Source of the DNA: a virus
Lineage: Duplodnaviria > Caudoviricetes
Strand: one strand, 5' to 3'
Length of the DNA stretch: 56,011 bases
IMG/VR virus record: IMGVR_UViG_3300010413_000038
Coordinates: 1 to 56,011 of that record
Part shown: piece by piece, positions 1 through 8,394 of the stretch
Layout of the letters: every line of letters starts with the position of its first letter
Position numbering within the stretch: the stretch's first letter is position 1
Program-made: the position numbers and the translations under genes
Notes under the pieces: generated by a model
Database searches by the model: none
Seen by the model: the letters and a program-made list of their open reading frames with translations, nothing else
What the model was told of the DNA's origin: nothing

Positions 1-144
1 GATACTTTAAAAAGATTGATAATAAGTGGCTGTATCTATGTTATGGATGTTGGACTCTTTTAAATGAAGTGATTTGTAGTGAGCAAACCTAGATTAAATT
101 AACAGAAGTAATAATTAAAAATAGCTAAGCTATGGCAAAAAAAG
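1..144. repeat. Terminal overlap identical to 55868-56011 (circular assembly of a complete genome)
   Basis: Exact 144-bp match between contig start and end; an ORF (55801-55959) and the RNA ligase start run through it. Confidence 0.95.
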
Positions 145-1070
145 AATTTAGAAAGTACCAACACATTGAAAGATTTGGAACTACAGAAGTACAAAACATT
201 GAATTAGGAGAATGTTATATTTTTCCGAAAATTGACGGAACAAATGCAAGTATTTGGCTTGACGAAAATGGAAAGCTACAAGCTGGTAGCCGTAAAAGAC
301 ATTTGAGTATTGACGATGATAACGCAGGTTTTTGTAAGTGGGCTAATGAGCAACCTAATTTAATTGCTTATTTACATGAAAACCCAACACATAGATTGTT
401 TGGCGAATGGCTTGTACCTCATAGTTTGAAAACTTACCGTGAAGATGCTTGGAGACATTTTTATGTATTTGATGTAGCTTTAGACAAAGAGGAAACCGAA
501 ATTAATCACGAAGGTGACAGCCAACATAAATATTTGCATTACCACGAATACAAGCCTTTGCTTGAAAAACACAATATTGATTACATACCACCTTTGGCAA
601 TTATTGAAAGAGCAAGCTATGAGCAATTTATTAACCAGCTTGAAAAGAATGTGTTTTTAGTAGAAGACGGTAAAGGTGCTGGAGAGGGAATTGTAATTAA
701 AAACTATGACTTTTTTAACCGATACGGGAGACAAACTTGGGCTAAAATTGTAACCTCTGAATTTAAAGAGAAGCATAGTAAAACAATGGGAGCACCAAAA
801 GTTGAAGGTAAAAAGATGGTTGAAGAAGAAATTGCAAAGAAATATGTTACTACTGCACTATGCGAAAAAGTAAAGGCTAAAATTGAACTTGATAACGATG
901 GGTTTAGCAGTAAGCAAATACCAAGGCTTTTAAATACTGTTTACTACGATGTAGTAAAAGAAGAAAGCTGGAACTTTGTAAAAGAGTTTAAAAATCCAAC
1001 TATTAATTACAATACACTACAGCACTTTATTTTTGCACAGGTGAAAGTATGTGTACCGATGCTATTCTAA
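132..1070 (+). CDS. ATP-dependent RNA ligase, Rnl2-like
   Basis: Nucleotidyltransferase motifs: I KIDGTN, III LFGEW, IIIa FYVFDV, IV EGIVIK, V WAKIV. Confidence 0.85.
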   Translation: MAKKEFRKYQHIERFGTTEVQNIELGECYIFPKIDGTNASIWLDENGKLQAGSRKRHLSIDDDNAGFCKWANEQPNLIAYLHENPTHRLFGEWLVPHSLKTYREDAWRHFYVFDVALDKEETEINHEGDSQHKYLHYHEYKPLLEKHNIDYIPPLAIIERASYEQFINQLEKNVFLVEDGKGAGEGIVIKNYDFFNRYGRQTWAKIVTSEFKEKHSKTMGAPKVEGKKMVEEEIAKKYVTTALCEKVKAKIELDNDGFSSKQIPRLLNTVYYDVVKEESWNFVKEFKNPTINYNTLQHFIFAQVKVCVPMLF

Positions 1071-1167
1071 TCGGTTTGAAAAACCGAAAGCGGGGATGGC
1101 TATTTTTAATTATGGTCAAATTTGCACTAACCTTGATTAAATGGACTGCCTTTCTTCCGCTTGTTGC

Positions 1168-1213
1168 TAACAAAGTAATAAAATCAGTTTTAATTGATTT
1201 TTATCGCGTATTA
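1168..1213. repeat. 46-bp attC-like palindrome, copy 1 (right box degenerate, ATTA)
   Basis: TAAC-aaagt-AATAAAATCA-loop-TGATTTTTATC-gcgt-ATTA; same family as seven other copies. Confidence 0.75.
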
Positions 1214-1271
1214 TGACAAAAATCATAGCATATAATATAGTTAAAAACTATTTTTAAGAAAAAATATTATT

Positions 1272-1865
1272 ATGAATATAATTGAAAAAATAGATGCTGC
1301 AAGAAAAAAAATAAAAAGTAGCGACTTAAAAAAACAAGGTAGAAATAAACATAGTAACTATGATTATTATACCCCAGAGCAAATAAATCATTTAGTAAAT
1401 GCCGTCTGTTCAGAATTAAGAATTTTTAACAGTTATGAACTTAAGCGAAATGAAATAGGTTTATACGCTGAATTAACAGTAATTAATTTAGATGATTTAA
1501 AAGATTTTAAAACATATACATTCGCAACAGACATTCCACAAATTACAGCTACAAATGTAGCGCAACAAATAGGAGGTTGTATGACGTATTCTGAACGTTA
1601 TGCTTTAATGTTTATCTATGATATTAAGGACAATAATCTTGATTATGATGCTCAATCGCCTGTAGATAATAAGCCAGATAAAAGTCAAAAACAATCAAAT
1701 AATCAATCTAATTTTGAAACTAGAGAGGTAACTAAATCAGAGGTTGATAGTAAATGGAATGGAAAGTTATATAAAGGTAATGCAGTATATATTGATAATA
1801 TTAAAATAGTTATACCGCAAGATCAATATGAAAAGTTAAAAACTCATCCTAAATATAAACAGTAA
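1272..1865 (+). CDS. erf: Erf-family single-strand annealing protein
   Basis: GRNKHSNYDY N-terminus and QQIGGCMTYSERYALM..YDI..D..D, typical of Erf (G...TY..RY). Confidence 0.8.
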   Translation: MNIIEKIDAARKKIKSSDLKKQGRNKHSNYDYYTPEQINHLVNAVCSELRIFNSYELKRNEIGLYAELTVINLDDLKDFKTYTFATDIPQITATNVAQQIGGCMTYSERYALMFIYDIKDNNLDYDAQSPVDNKPDKSQKQSNNQSNFETREVTKSEVDSKWNGKLYKGNAVYIDNIKIVIPQDQYEKLKTHPKYKQ

Positions 1866-1940
1866 TGAAAAGAAGTAAAGATATATTTTTAGAAGTAAGA
1901 GAAAAACAGTTAACTAAAGAATCTAAAAAAGACAAATTAA

Positions 1941-2780
1941 ATGAACAACTTAGATTTAAAAATAGAGATAAGTGATTTTGATAAGAAAATAGAATCTATA
2001 ATGTCGGGGGAAAAAGCTTTAAGTTATTCAAAACTTAGTTCTTTTTTAGAAACACCTAAACATTATTATGAACATGAAACTAATGAAGAAGTTACACCGG
2101 CGATGAAAGAAGGTCAAATATTTCATTGTGTATGTTTAGAACTTGAAAATTTTAATAAAAAATACTGGATTTTAGATGATGCAAAGATATGCGAAAAAAT
2201 TGGAGGCGCAAAACCAAGAGGAACTAATGATTATAAGGAATGGAAATTAAACCAAGAACTTTTAAATAAAGGTAAGGAATTAGTATCTATTGATGATTAT
2301 AATACTTTTATTAACATGTCTGATGCTTTAAGGCGAAATAAAGCTTCTAAAATATTAATAAATAGCTTAACAGATAAGGAATTTCCTTTTGAATTTGAAT
2401 ACGATCAATTTAAAATAAAAGGAAAGATTGATGGAAAAGGCGAAATAAAAGAAGATAATTTGTTTTTTGATAAAGGTAAATACATAATAGACTTAAAAAA
2501 AGTTGCAGACGCTTCTTATAAAAAAATAAGATGGGATATAAGAGATAAAAATCTTGATTTACAGGGAGGATTATATTCGTATTCTCAAAAAATCAACAAT
2601 TATTATCTCGTTTTTATTGACAAAAAATGTAATATTACTATTGTAAATCTAATTGAAGAAACATTAAATTCCGGATTTAATAAATTTGAAAATTCTATTA
2701 AAGAATTTCAACGCTGCGCTGAGGAAAATGCATGGCAAAGTTCATATGAATTTTATAACGGAGGATTTATACGAGTGTAA
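1941..2780 (+). CDS. PD-(D/E)XK exonuclease (RecE/exonuclease VIII-like)
   Basis: LSYSKL, G..FH, KGKIDG, IIDLKK, DLQGGLY motifs; adjacent to Erf. Confidence 0.8.
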   Translation: MNNLDLKIEISDFDKKIESIMSGEKALSYSKLSSFLETPKHYYEHETNEEVTPAMKEGQIFHCVCLELENFNKKYWILDDAKICEKIGGAKPRGTNDYKEWKLNQELLNKGKELVSIDDYNTFINMSDALRRNKASKILINSLTDKEFPFEFEYDQFKIKGKIDGKGEIKEDNLFFDKGKYIIDLKKVADASYKKIRWDIRDKNLDLQGGLYSYSQKINNYYLVFIDKKCNITIVNLIEETLNSGFNKFENSIKEFQRCAEENAWQSSYEFYNGGFIRV

Positions 2781-3238
2781 TGACTAAAAAAGCGAACATA
2801 CTAATAAAGCATAACGATAGGCTAGTTCCTTTCGATAATGAAGCCAGTGTATTTGTGTCAAGGCTTGAAGAAGGTGATAAGGTTCTATGTGAGAAGTTAA
2901 AAAAAACACGTTCATCACAACAGAATAGAGCCTTACACCTATTCTTTACAATGATCGCAGAAAATCTAAACAAGGAAGGGATAACATTTGTTTATAGAGA
3001 ACTTAAAGGCCAGGAACTTGAAACTAAGTATACTGAACATTTAGTAAAAGAAATGATTTGGAGACCTATTCAGGTCACTTTATTTAATGTAGAGTCTACA
3101 ACTAAATTGACAAGTGAGATGATAAATAAAATCCTTGATGTGTTAGTTAATTTTTTCGCTAATAAAGGAATACAGATATCATTCCCTAGCCGGTTTGATT
3201 TAATGGTTAAAGAAATGGAAGAGAAAGGATATTATTAA
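2780..3238 (+). CDS. NinB-like recombination accessory protein
   Basis: RSSQQNRALH and STTKLT..E motifs typical of the NinB family. Confidence 0.6.
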   Translation: MTKKANILIKHNDRLVPFDNEASVFVSRLEEGDKVLCEKLKKTRSSQQNRALHLFFTMIAENLNKEGITFVYRELKGQELETKYTEHLVKEMIWRPIQVTLFNVESTTKLTSEMINKILDVLVNFFANKGIQISFPSRFDLMVKEMEEKGYY

Positions 3239-3416
3239 ACTAATAATTATGAATTATTTATTAAACACACTTTTGATACTTAATACATTTTTTTCTTTTG
3301 TATATATTATTGCTTCAATGCATAAAAAAAATACAAGGTATGCAGCTTACTCAATTTTTCATTTATTGCTAGTAATAATACTTATTATAACTAAGTAATA
3401 AATTAGAAAAAAATTG

Positions 3417-3424
3417 TATCTTTG
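3417..3424 (+). promoter_or_regulatory. Bacteroidota housekeeping-sigma -7 element (TATCTTTG) upstream of rha leader
   Basis: Matches TAnnTTTG; other copies at 8184, 11804, 19626, 23566, 23657, 27553, 51174, all intergenic. Confidence 0.7.
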
Positions 3425-3427
3425 TAT

Positions 3428-3504
3428 ATGTTGAGTGGAGCAACATAATAAAATATAAATGGCATGGCGAGTAGGGACTCCACCCCGAAAGCCCTGCCTT
3501 TTTT
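3428..3504 (+). ncRNA. Structured 5' leader of rha/antirepressor with two complementary hairpin loops
   Basis: ATGTTG-AGTGGAG-CAACAT hairpin; second hairpin with loop ACTCCAC, followed by a T-tract. Confidence 0.55.
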
Positions 3505-3514
3505 ATTTAATATC

Positions 3515-4144
3515 ATGGAAGAATTAGTATTTAGATCAGAAAAAGGAAATCCGGTAACAAGCAGTAAGCTTGTGGCTAAAAAATTTAAAAAAAATCATAA
3601 AGATGTATTAAAAGCTATAAGGAATTTAGTAACATCAGATGATTGGTATAAGCGTAATTTTGCGCTCATTGAATATCAACAAGTTACGCACTCTCCTATT
3701 ATAAAAGATAAAGAATATATAATGACAAGAGATGGATTCTCTATTTTAGTTTTTGGATTTACTGGGGAAAAGGCATTAAAATTTAAAATAGATTTTATTG
3801 AAGCTTTTAATAAAATGGAACAAGCTTTAAATAAAATAATTCCAGATTTTAATAATCCTGTAGAAGCAGCAAGAGCATGGGCAGATGAAGTTGAGAAAAA
3901 GCAATTAGCTGAAATAAAAGTAAAAGAATTAGAGCCAAAAGCTGAAAGTTTCGATATTTTTATAGATTCTAAATCGCTTCAAGGATTTAAAGAAGTAGCA
4001 AATATGTTAGGATATGGACGTAATAAATTAATGTCTAAACTTAGAATATTATGTATTCTTACGCATAAAAATATCCCTTACCAACGTTTTTTAAACATGA
4101 AATTATTTGAGGTTAAGGAAAGCCAAAAGGAATTGATTATATAA
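3515..4144 (+). CDS. rha: Rha-family regulator fused to antirepressor (KilAC/ANT) domain, C-terminus frameshifted; likely start ATG 3515
   Basis: TSSKLVAKKFKKNHKDVLKAI, YIMTRDGFSIL..GFTG.KA..FK..FIEAFNKME (Rha); EAARAWADE, GRNKL, NIPYQRF, FEVKE (ANT). Confidence 0.85.
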   Translation: MEELVFRSEKGNPVTSSKLVAKKFKKNHKDVLKAIRNLVTSDDWYKRNFALIEYQQVTHSPIIKDKEYIMTRDGFSILVFGFTGEKALKFKIDFIEAFNKMEQALNKIIPDFNNPVEAARAWADEVEKKQLAEIKVKELEPKAESFDIFIDSKSLQGFKEVANMLGYGRNKLMSKLRILCILTHKNIPYQRFLNMKLFEVKESQKELII

Positions 4145-4259
4145 GAAAAGCACTAACTAAAATATATTAATAAATCATAACACAATGGCAGGAAGCGTAT
4201 TTAAATCACTTAAATATCTCCGTTGAATTCGGAGCGTTATATTAAATTTTTCCAAAACC

Positions 4260-4273
4260 ATGACAAATATCAT
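4260..4273. promoter_or_regulatory. Palindromic operator-like ATGA-N6-TCAT
   Basis: Also at 1213, 7788, 8313, 15662, 18498, 50697; always intergenic, upstream of promoter-like sequence. Confidence 0.6.
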
Positions 4274-4337
4274 ATTAATATCATAACCTAACCCTTATCT
4301 TTACCGTATAAGAAAGTATAACTTAAAAATTAGCATT

Positions 4338-4610
4338 ATGAAAACTTTAGAAACAAGAAAAGAAAAAGCAACTGACGTATATAATATATTAGATGCTGTG
4401 CGTATTAAAGAAGGCGCAACAAAATGGATGAAAGAGCGTGGGTTTTGGCTTGATGACTATCCAGAAAGCATTGACGGCATGACTGGTAAGATAAGTGGAG
4501 ACTACACTAACTTACGTGGTGATGATAAGCATTACGCAATTGACATAACGAACTATGTTGATAGAATAGGTGCTGTTGGGATCAATCCTATGTTTATAGA
4601 AGTTGTTTAG
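4338..4610 (+). CDS. Hypothetical protein
   Basis: ORF directly downstream of repeated promoter. Confidence 0.7.
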   Translation: MKTLETRKEKATDVYNILDAVRIKEGATKWMKERGFWLDDYPESIDGMTGKISGDYTNLRGDDKHYAIDITNYVDRIGAVGINPMFIEVV

Positions 4611-4619
4611 CATTGCATT

Positions 4620-4820
4620 ATGACAACTTTAACAACAACAACAGGAACAAATTTAAAAGTAAGTTCAAACAAATCAAAGAGGTATTACACTATAGTAACT
4701 GAAACAGCAAAATTCATAACTAATCCAATGAGTCGGGAAGAATTTGACAATAATGCATACAACACCGGTCAAGATTGGAAGAATTTTCTAAAAACAGATG
4801 ATTATTACGAAGTTAAATAA
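4620..4820 (+). CDS. Hypothetical protein
   Basis: ORF in operon. Confidence 0.65.
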   Translation: MTTLTTTTGTNLKVSSNKSKRYYTIVTETAKFITNPMSREEFDNNAYNTGQDWKNFLKTDDYYEVK

Positions 4821-4821
4821 T

Positions 4822-4876
4822 CCGCTAATTCTTATCGGCACCGCCCCTAACTTGGAAACGAGCCTGGGATTTGGTG
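4822..4876 (+). ncRNA. Repeated structured intergenic element, copy 1 (copy 2 at 8585-8639)
   Basis: CCGCTAATTCTTA followed by CACC-CCCC-CTTG-GAAA-CGAG-GGG-GGTG hairpin with GNRA loop. Confidence 0.6.
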
Positions 4877-4912
4877 ATAGAAATAAATAACTAAATAAAT
4901 AACTAAATAAAT

Positions 4913-5203
4913 ATGGAATATTTAAAACAAAACACAGCTATTATATCCATCGAAAGATATGATGAATTAAAAAACTTTGAAAGAGTGGTTTTAGATGATT
5001 CTGAAACACTATTTTACGTATCATGGGATGGAGCATTGAGAGAACGTTGTGTGTATTATAGTTCTGAAGCTCATTATGAGATAGTTGAGATGAATAATTC
5101 ATTAAAAATTGAAATAGAAGAGTTGAAAAAGAATAATAAACTAAAAGAAATGGAAATAAAAGAGTTGAAAAAACGTAAACGTAAATTATTTAAATGGTTT
5201 TAA
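4913..5203 (+). CDS. Hypothetical coiled-coil protein
   Basis: ORF; heptad-rich C-terminus. Confidence 0.6.
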   Translation: MEYLKQNTAIISIERYDELKNFERVVLDDSETLFYVSWDGALRERCVYYSSEAHYEIVEMNNSLKIEIEELKKNNKLKEMEIKELKKRKRKLFKWF

Positions 5204-5224
5204 TATTACTCATATTCAAAAATA

Positions 5225-5893
5225 ATGATTAATAAGCAATCCATAAAGCGTTGTAAAGGAACAGGAAAAGCAAAAGGCTGTGGATGTGGAGAAATAAAAG
5301 TAATATTCCGCTATGGCCTTTGCGTTATTTGTTATAAAGATTTTCTATTTAATAGTCCTGAAGGTATAGAAATATTAAGAAAATCAAGAATAACCGGTAA
5401 AAAACGAGCTGATAAAGAAGAAAAGCAAAGGAAAAATAGAGAGAAGTTAGAAAATAAATCTATCCAGACATTAATAAATCAAGCAAAAACTCCGTTTCAA
5501 AAGCTTATTCGAATAAGAGATCATGGTAAGAACTGTATTTGTTGCGATAGACCACTACCCTTTAATATAGGTGATTATGATGCCGGTCATTTCCTAAAGG
5601 CGGAGCTATATACAGGTTTAATTTTTCATCCAGATAACGTTTTTGGACAGCTAAAACATTGTAATAAATATGAGCATGGTAACGAAAATGGATATATGGG
5701 CGGCTTAATTAAACGAATAGGCATCGAAAGATACAATCATTTAAATGACGTTAAAAACACTTTAAAAGAGTATAAATTTAGCAAAGAACAGCTAATAAAA
5801 ATGAAGAAATACTATAATAAAGAATTAAAATCAGTCGAAAAAGGATTAAAAAATATTAATGATGTTGATTTTAATATTGGAATACTAATATAA
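5225..5893 (+). CDS. ninG: NinG/Rap-like recombination endonuclease
   Basis: FQKLIRIRD..NCICC..DAGHF..FHPDNVFGQ..CN....GN...Y...LI.RIG. Confidence 0.85.
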   Translation: MINKQSIKRCKGTGKAKGCGCGEIKVIFRYGLCVICYKDFLFNSPEGIEILRKSRITGKKRADKEEKQRKNREKLENKSIQTLINQAKTPFQKLIRIRDHGKNCICCDRPLPFNIGDYDAGHFLKAELYTGLIFHPDNVFGQLKHCNKYEHGNENGYMGGLIKRIGIERYNHLNDVKNTLKEYKFSKEQLIKMKKYYNKELKSVEKGLKNINDVDFNIGILI

Positions 5894-5988
5894 TATTAAT
5901 GATATGCATAAAGTTGAAAAATTAAAATTTTTATGGGGGATAGGGTGAAAATAAATGTAAATATTTACAAAATAAATTTGTTTTATTC

Positions 5989-6013
5989 GTAACTATTTAC
6001 TAATTTTATCGTA
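5989..6013 (+). promoter_or_regulatory. ECF-type promoter GTAAC-N16-CGTA
   Basis: Identical spacing at 7132, 8336, 15685, 50454, 53357, 54811; variants at 50720 (GTAGC) and 4283 (ATAAC, N17). Confidence 0.75.
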
Positions 6014-6034
6014 TAATTAATAAAAACAAATGCA

Positions 6035-6526
6035 ATGGCAATAGTAATTAGATACACAGCAGACATTGAAGCAGATAAAAAAAGAAACTATACTACTTTT
6101 TCCGCAATGGGTTTTACTTCAAAAGATAAAGAAACATTTATTAATGATTTATCTGAATTAATGGAAAGCGAAATGACCGATTCATACGAATACATGACTT
6201 CTAATGAAATTGAAGAAAATATAATTGAAACTGAAAAAGGAATTACTCTTAAACAACATGACGGACTTTCATTTTGTTTGATTCCTGAAAGTATTTGCGA
6301 AGATGAAAATGGATGGAACGAACTTGAAGAAAGTAAAAAAATAGAACTAATAAACAATTACGGATATGCTTTAGGTTGCCAAGGAACTCACATTATTGTT
6401 GATGCTGATAATTTAGAAGCTAGTTTATATGAACATGAACAACATTTAGTTTTTGAAGTAAACGATTTTGAAGAAATTTATTCAGAAAGTTCAGACATGA
6501 ATATTATACTTAATAGAGCTAAATAA
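6035..6526 (+). CDS. Hypothetical acidic protein
   Basis: ORF downstream of ECF-type promoter. Confidence 0.7.
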   Translation: MAIVIRYTADIEADKKRNYTTFSAMGFTSKDKETFINDLSELMESEMTDSYEYMTSNEIEENIIETEKGITLKQHDGLSFCLIPESICEDENGWNELEESKKIELINNYGYALGCQGTHIIVDADNLEASLYEHEQHLVFEVNDFEEIYSESSDMNIILNRAK

Positions 6527-6816
6527 TGATAGACGAGCGTGTAAAAAAAATATTTGGGAGTTGGATTTCATTTGCGAACTTACAAAATCAAAACCCGACT
6601 AATTTTAAGCGTAAAATAATGCAGAATATTAGCCGCTTAAACAAATGGTTAGAACCTGCTGGAATGCAAATTAAAATTGTTTTGAAAAAACAAAAGCGTG
6701 TTAGCCAGCGAAGCGAACTGTTGGCTTTTAAGAAATTTATAAGCAAAACTCCACAGGCTGAATTGGAATACTATAGTGATGAAGAATTTACAGACCTTTA
6801 TATAAAAGCAAAATGA
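6526..6816 (+). CDS. Hypothetical protein whose C-terminal ~38 aa derive from a cassette starting at GTTAGCC (6700)
   Basis: GTTAGCC 6700-6706 is the reverse complement of GGCTAAC 6817-6823 just after the stop. Confidence 0.65.
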   Translation: MIDERVKKIFGSWISFANLQNQNPTNFKRKIMQNISRLNKWLEPAGMQIKIVLKKQKRVSQRSELLAFKKFISKTPQAELEYYSDEEFTDLYIKAK

Positions 6817-6946
6817 GGCTAACGGTTACGGGTATGTTGTCGTTGCGTGAATTTAGTAATAATTTAAAAAATAGAACAAATGATAAAATTTATTAGAAAC
6901 TTATTTAAAGGTAGAAAGCAGCAATGCAATATACCTGATGTTAGCG
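6817..6946. repeat. Long attC-like hairpin
   Basis: GGCTAAC-ggtta-CGGGTATGTTG..GTTGC ... GCAAT.CAATATACCTG-at-GTTAGCG. Confidence 0.7.
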
Positions 6947-7086
6947 TTTCGGTTGCTGGTACTTGTGGTACTTGCAGATTCGCTGACAGAGAAAGAGATA
7001 TGTGTGCAGCAGGAAGTTATTGGGCAGAAAAGGGGCACAATAAAGTTTGCTATGGTGGTGAGTTGTGGGAAGCAACTGAACGCTAA
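6880..7086 (+). CDS. Small Cys-rich protein starting inside the hairpin and reading into cassette 6940-7087
   Basis: CGTC..C..C motif; AT-rich initiation region; stop lies in the CGCTAAC box. Confidence 0.65.
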   Translation: MIKFIRNLFKGRKQQCNIPDVSVSVAGTCGTCRFADRERDMCAAGSYWAEKGHNKVCYGGELWEATER

Positions 7087-7129
7087 CGTAGAAATAAAAT
7101 GCGTTTTAATGCATTTTAATCGAATGTTA
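7084..7129. repeat. 46-bp attC-like palindrome, copy 2
   Basis: TAAC-gtaga-AATAAAATGC-gttttaat-GCATTTTAATC-gaat-GTTA. Confidence 0.8.
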
Positions 7130-7173
7130 TCGTAACATTTTTAATCATCCTGCGTATAATCAAATAAAAAGAC

Positions 7174-7380
7174 ATGAATAATTTAAAACAAATACTAAAA
7201 AACTACGGGATTAAAAGAGAATTAACCCTTATAGGAGTTGAGAAAACTACTTACTCTGAACAAACGAGAGTTAATGTAATATTTGAGGGGTTAACATTAA
7301 GTTGTTTTGTTTTAAATTACATGATAGATCATGTTGATTTGATTGACAGGGCTATTTTTAGTAACTTAGATAAATTATAA
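7174..7380 (+). CDS. Hypothetical protein
   Basis: ORF after ECF-type promoter 7132. Confidence 0.6.
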   Translation: MNNLKQILKNYGIKRELTLIGVEKTTYSEQTRVNVIFEGLTLSCFVLNYMIDHVDLIDRAIFSNLDKL

Positions 7381-7402
7381 CGATGGCTATAATAATAGTT
7401 GG

Positions 7403-7735
7403 ATGTTCGATTACGTAGAAACTTTGATACGAGAACAAATAAAAACAAAAATAGCGATGGGATACACTAAAAGAAAATGTGATTTTTGTGGTAAAGAATA
7501 TATGGCAGATAACCGCAATTTAAAGCGTGGGTGGGGTTTATGTTGCTCCAAAAGATGCGCTGCTAAAAAAAGAGAAAAAAGCAGACCTGATTACGACCCT
7601 AAAACTGTAAGATATAACAACTTGAAAAGAGCAGGATTACTTCCAAGAGAAACAGATTATGTCGAAATGTATAATAATAGTGGATGGGCAGATGATGACC
7701 AATGGGGTGATTATGATTTAGGTATTCACAACTAA
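7403..7735 (+). CDS. Zinc-finger protein (likely start at MGYTKRK)
   Basis: CDFCGKEY...RGWGLCCSKRC. Confidence 0.65.
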   Translation: MFDYVETLIREQIKTKIAMGYTKRKCDFCGKEYMADNRNLKRGWGLCCSKRCAAKKREKSRPDYDPKTVRYNNLKRAGLLPRETDYVEMYNNSGWADDDQWGDYDLGIHN

Positions 7736-7742
7736 ATGCACA

Positions 7743-7788
7743 CAACGAAGAGATAAAATCAGTTTTAATTGATTTTTATTGATTGTTA
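7743..7788. repeat. 46-bp attC-like palindrome, copy 3
   Basis: CAAC-gaaga-GATAAAATCA-loop-TGATTTTTATT-gatt-GTTA. Confidence 0.8.
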
Positions 7789-7914
7789 TGATTTTTATCA
7801 TTGTTTTATAATAAAAAAATAACTATTTTTAGTACTAAATAATTAATATTATGATTTATATATATATTATATCATTTCTAATATTAGTACTTTTAATACT
7901 AAATGCGCCAATAA

Positions 7915-8157
7915 ATGAAAACTACAACTAAACTTTTAATTATATGCTTAATACTACTTAGTAGTTGTTCAAGACATATTATAGAAGGAATGGAATCAAC
8001 AGATCGATTAATAACCGGCTATTCAAAAAACATGAAGCGATATAAGGTTGTTAACAATAAACTTAAGCCAGAATGTGATATTAGAATAGATTCAGACACA
8101 TTATTTAAGCCAGGGGATATATTAAGTTTAAACTCAGAATTCAATCTATGTCATTAA
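7915..8157 (+). CDS. Putative lipoprotein
   Basis: Signal peptide with lipobox LLSSC. Confidence 0.55.
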   Translation: MKTTTKLLIICLILLSSCSRHIIEGMESTDRLITGYSKNMKRYKVVNNKLKPECDIRIDSDTLFKPGDILSLNSEFNLCH

Positions 8158-8265
8158 TAATTTGTAAAGTCATTATATTTTTGTAAATTTGAAAAGGAAT
8201 AGAGTATGTTTTTTCATGATTTTAGGGTTTAGTTAGTATTTTATGATTAATTAAGTTTTCATGTG

Positions 8266-8292
8266 CCCCGGAGTGGTTAACCGGGGTTTTTT
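8266..8292 (+). terminator. Rho-independent terminator
   Basis: CCCCGG-agtggttaa-CCGGGG plus T-tract. Confidence 0.85.
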
Positions 8293-8394
8293 ATTTTAAA
8301 AAGTTTAAAAACATGACAAATATCATATAATAATTGTAACCTTATTTATATCTTTACGTATAAGAAAGTAATTAATAACTAAAAACAAAAAGTC

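Noticed and set aside
40-49. GTTATGGATG (also near 11166) as a cassette left end
   Set aside because: Explained by Cys-Tyr-Gly-Cys codons in small zinc-finger reading frames; no complementary right end found
1-144. Biological direct terminal repeat
   Set aside because: It cuts through two ORFs and is best explained as circular assembly overlap; true ends need read-terminus analysis
7084-7129. 46-bp palindromes as ordinary rho-independent terminators
   Set aside because: AT-rich stems, no T-tract, fixed length with conserved AAC/GTT boxes and a bulge; true terminators here (8266, 50415, 51720) look different
6938-7135. Alternative-frame ORF overlapping 6880-7086
   Set aside because: Runs through the 46-bp palindrome and lacks an initiation region; the Cys-motif frame is more credible
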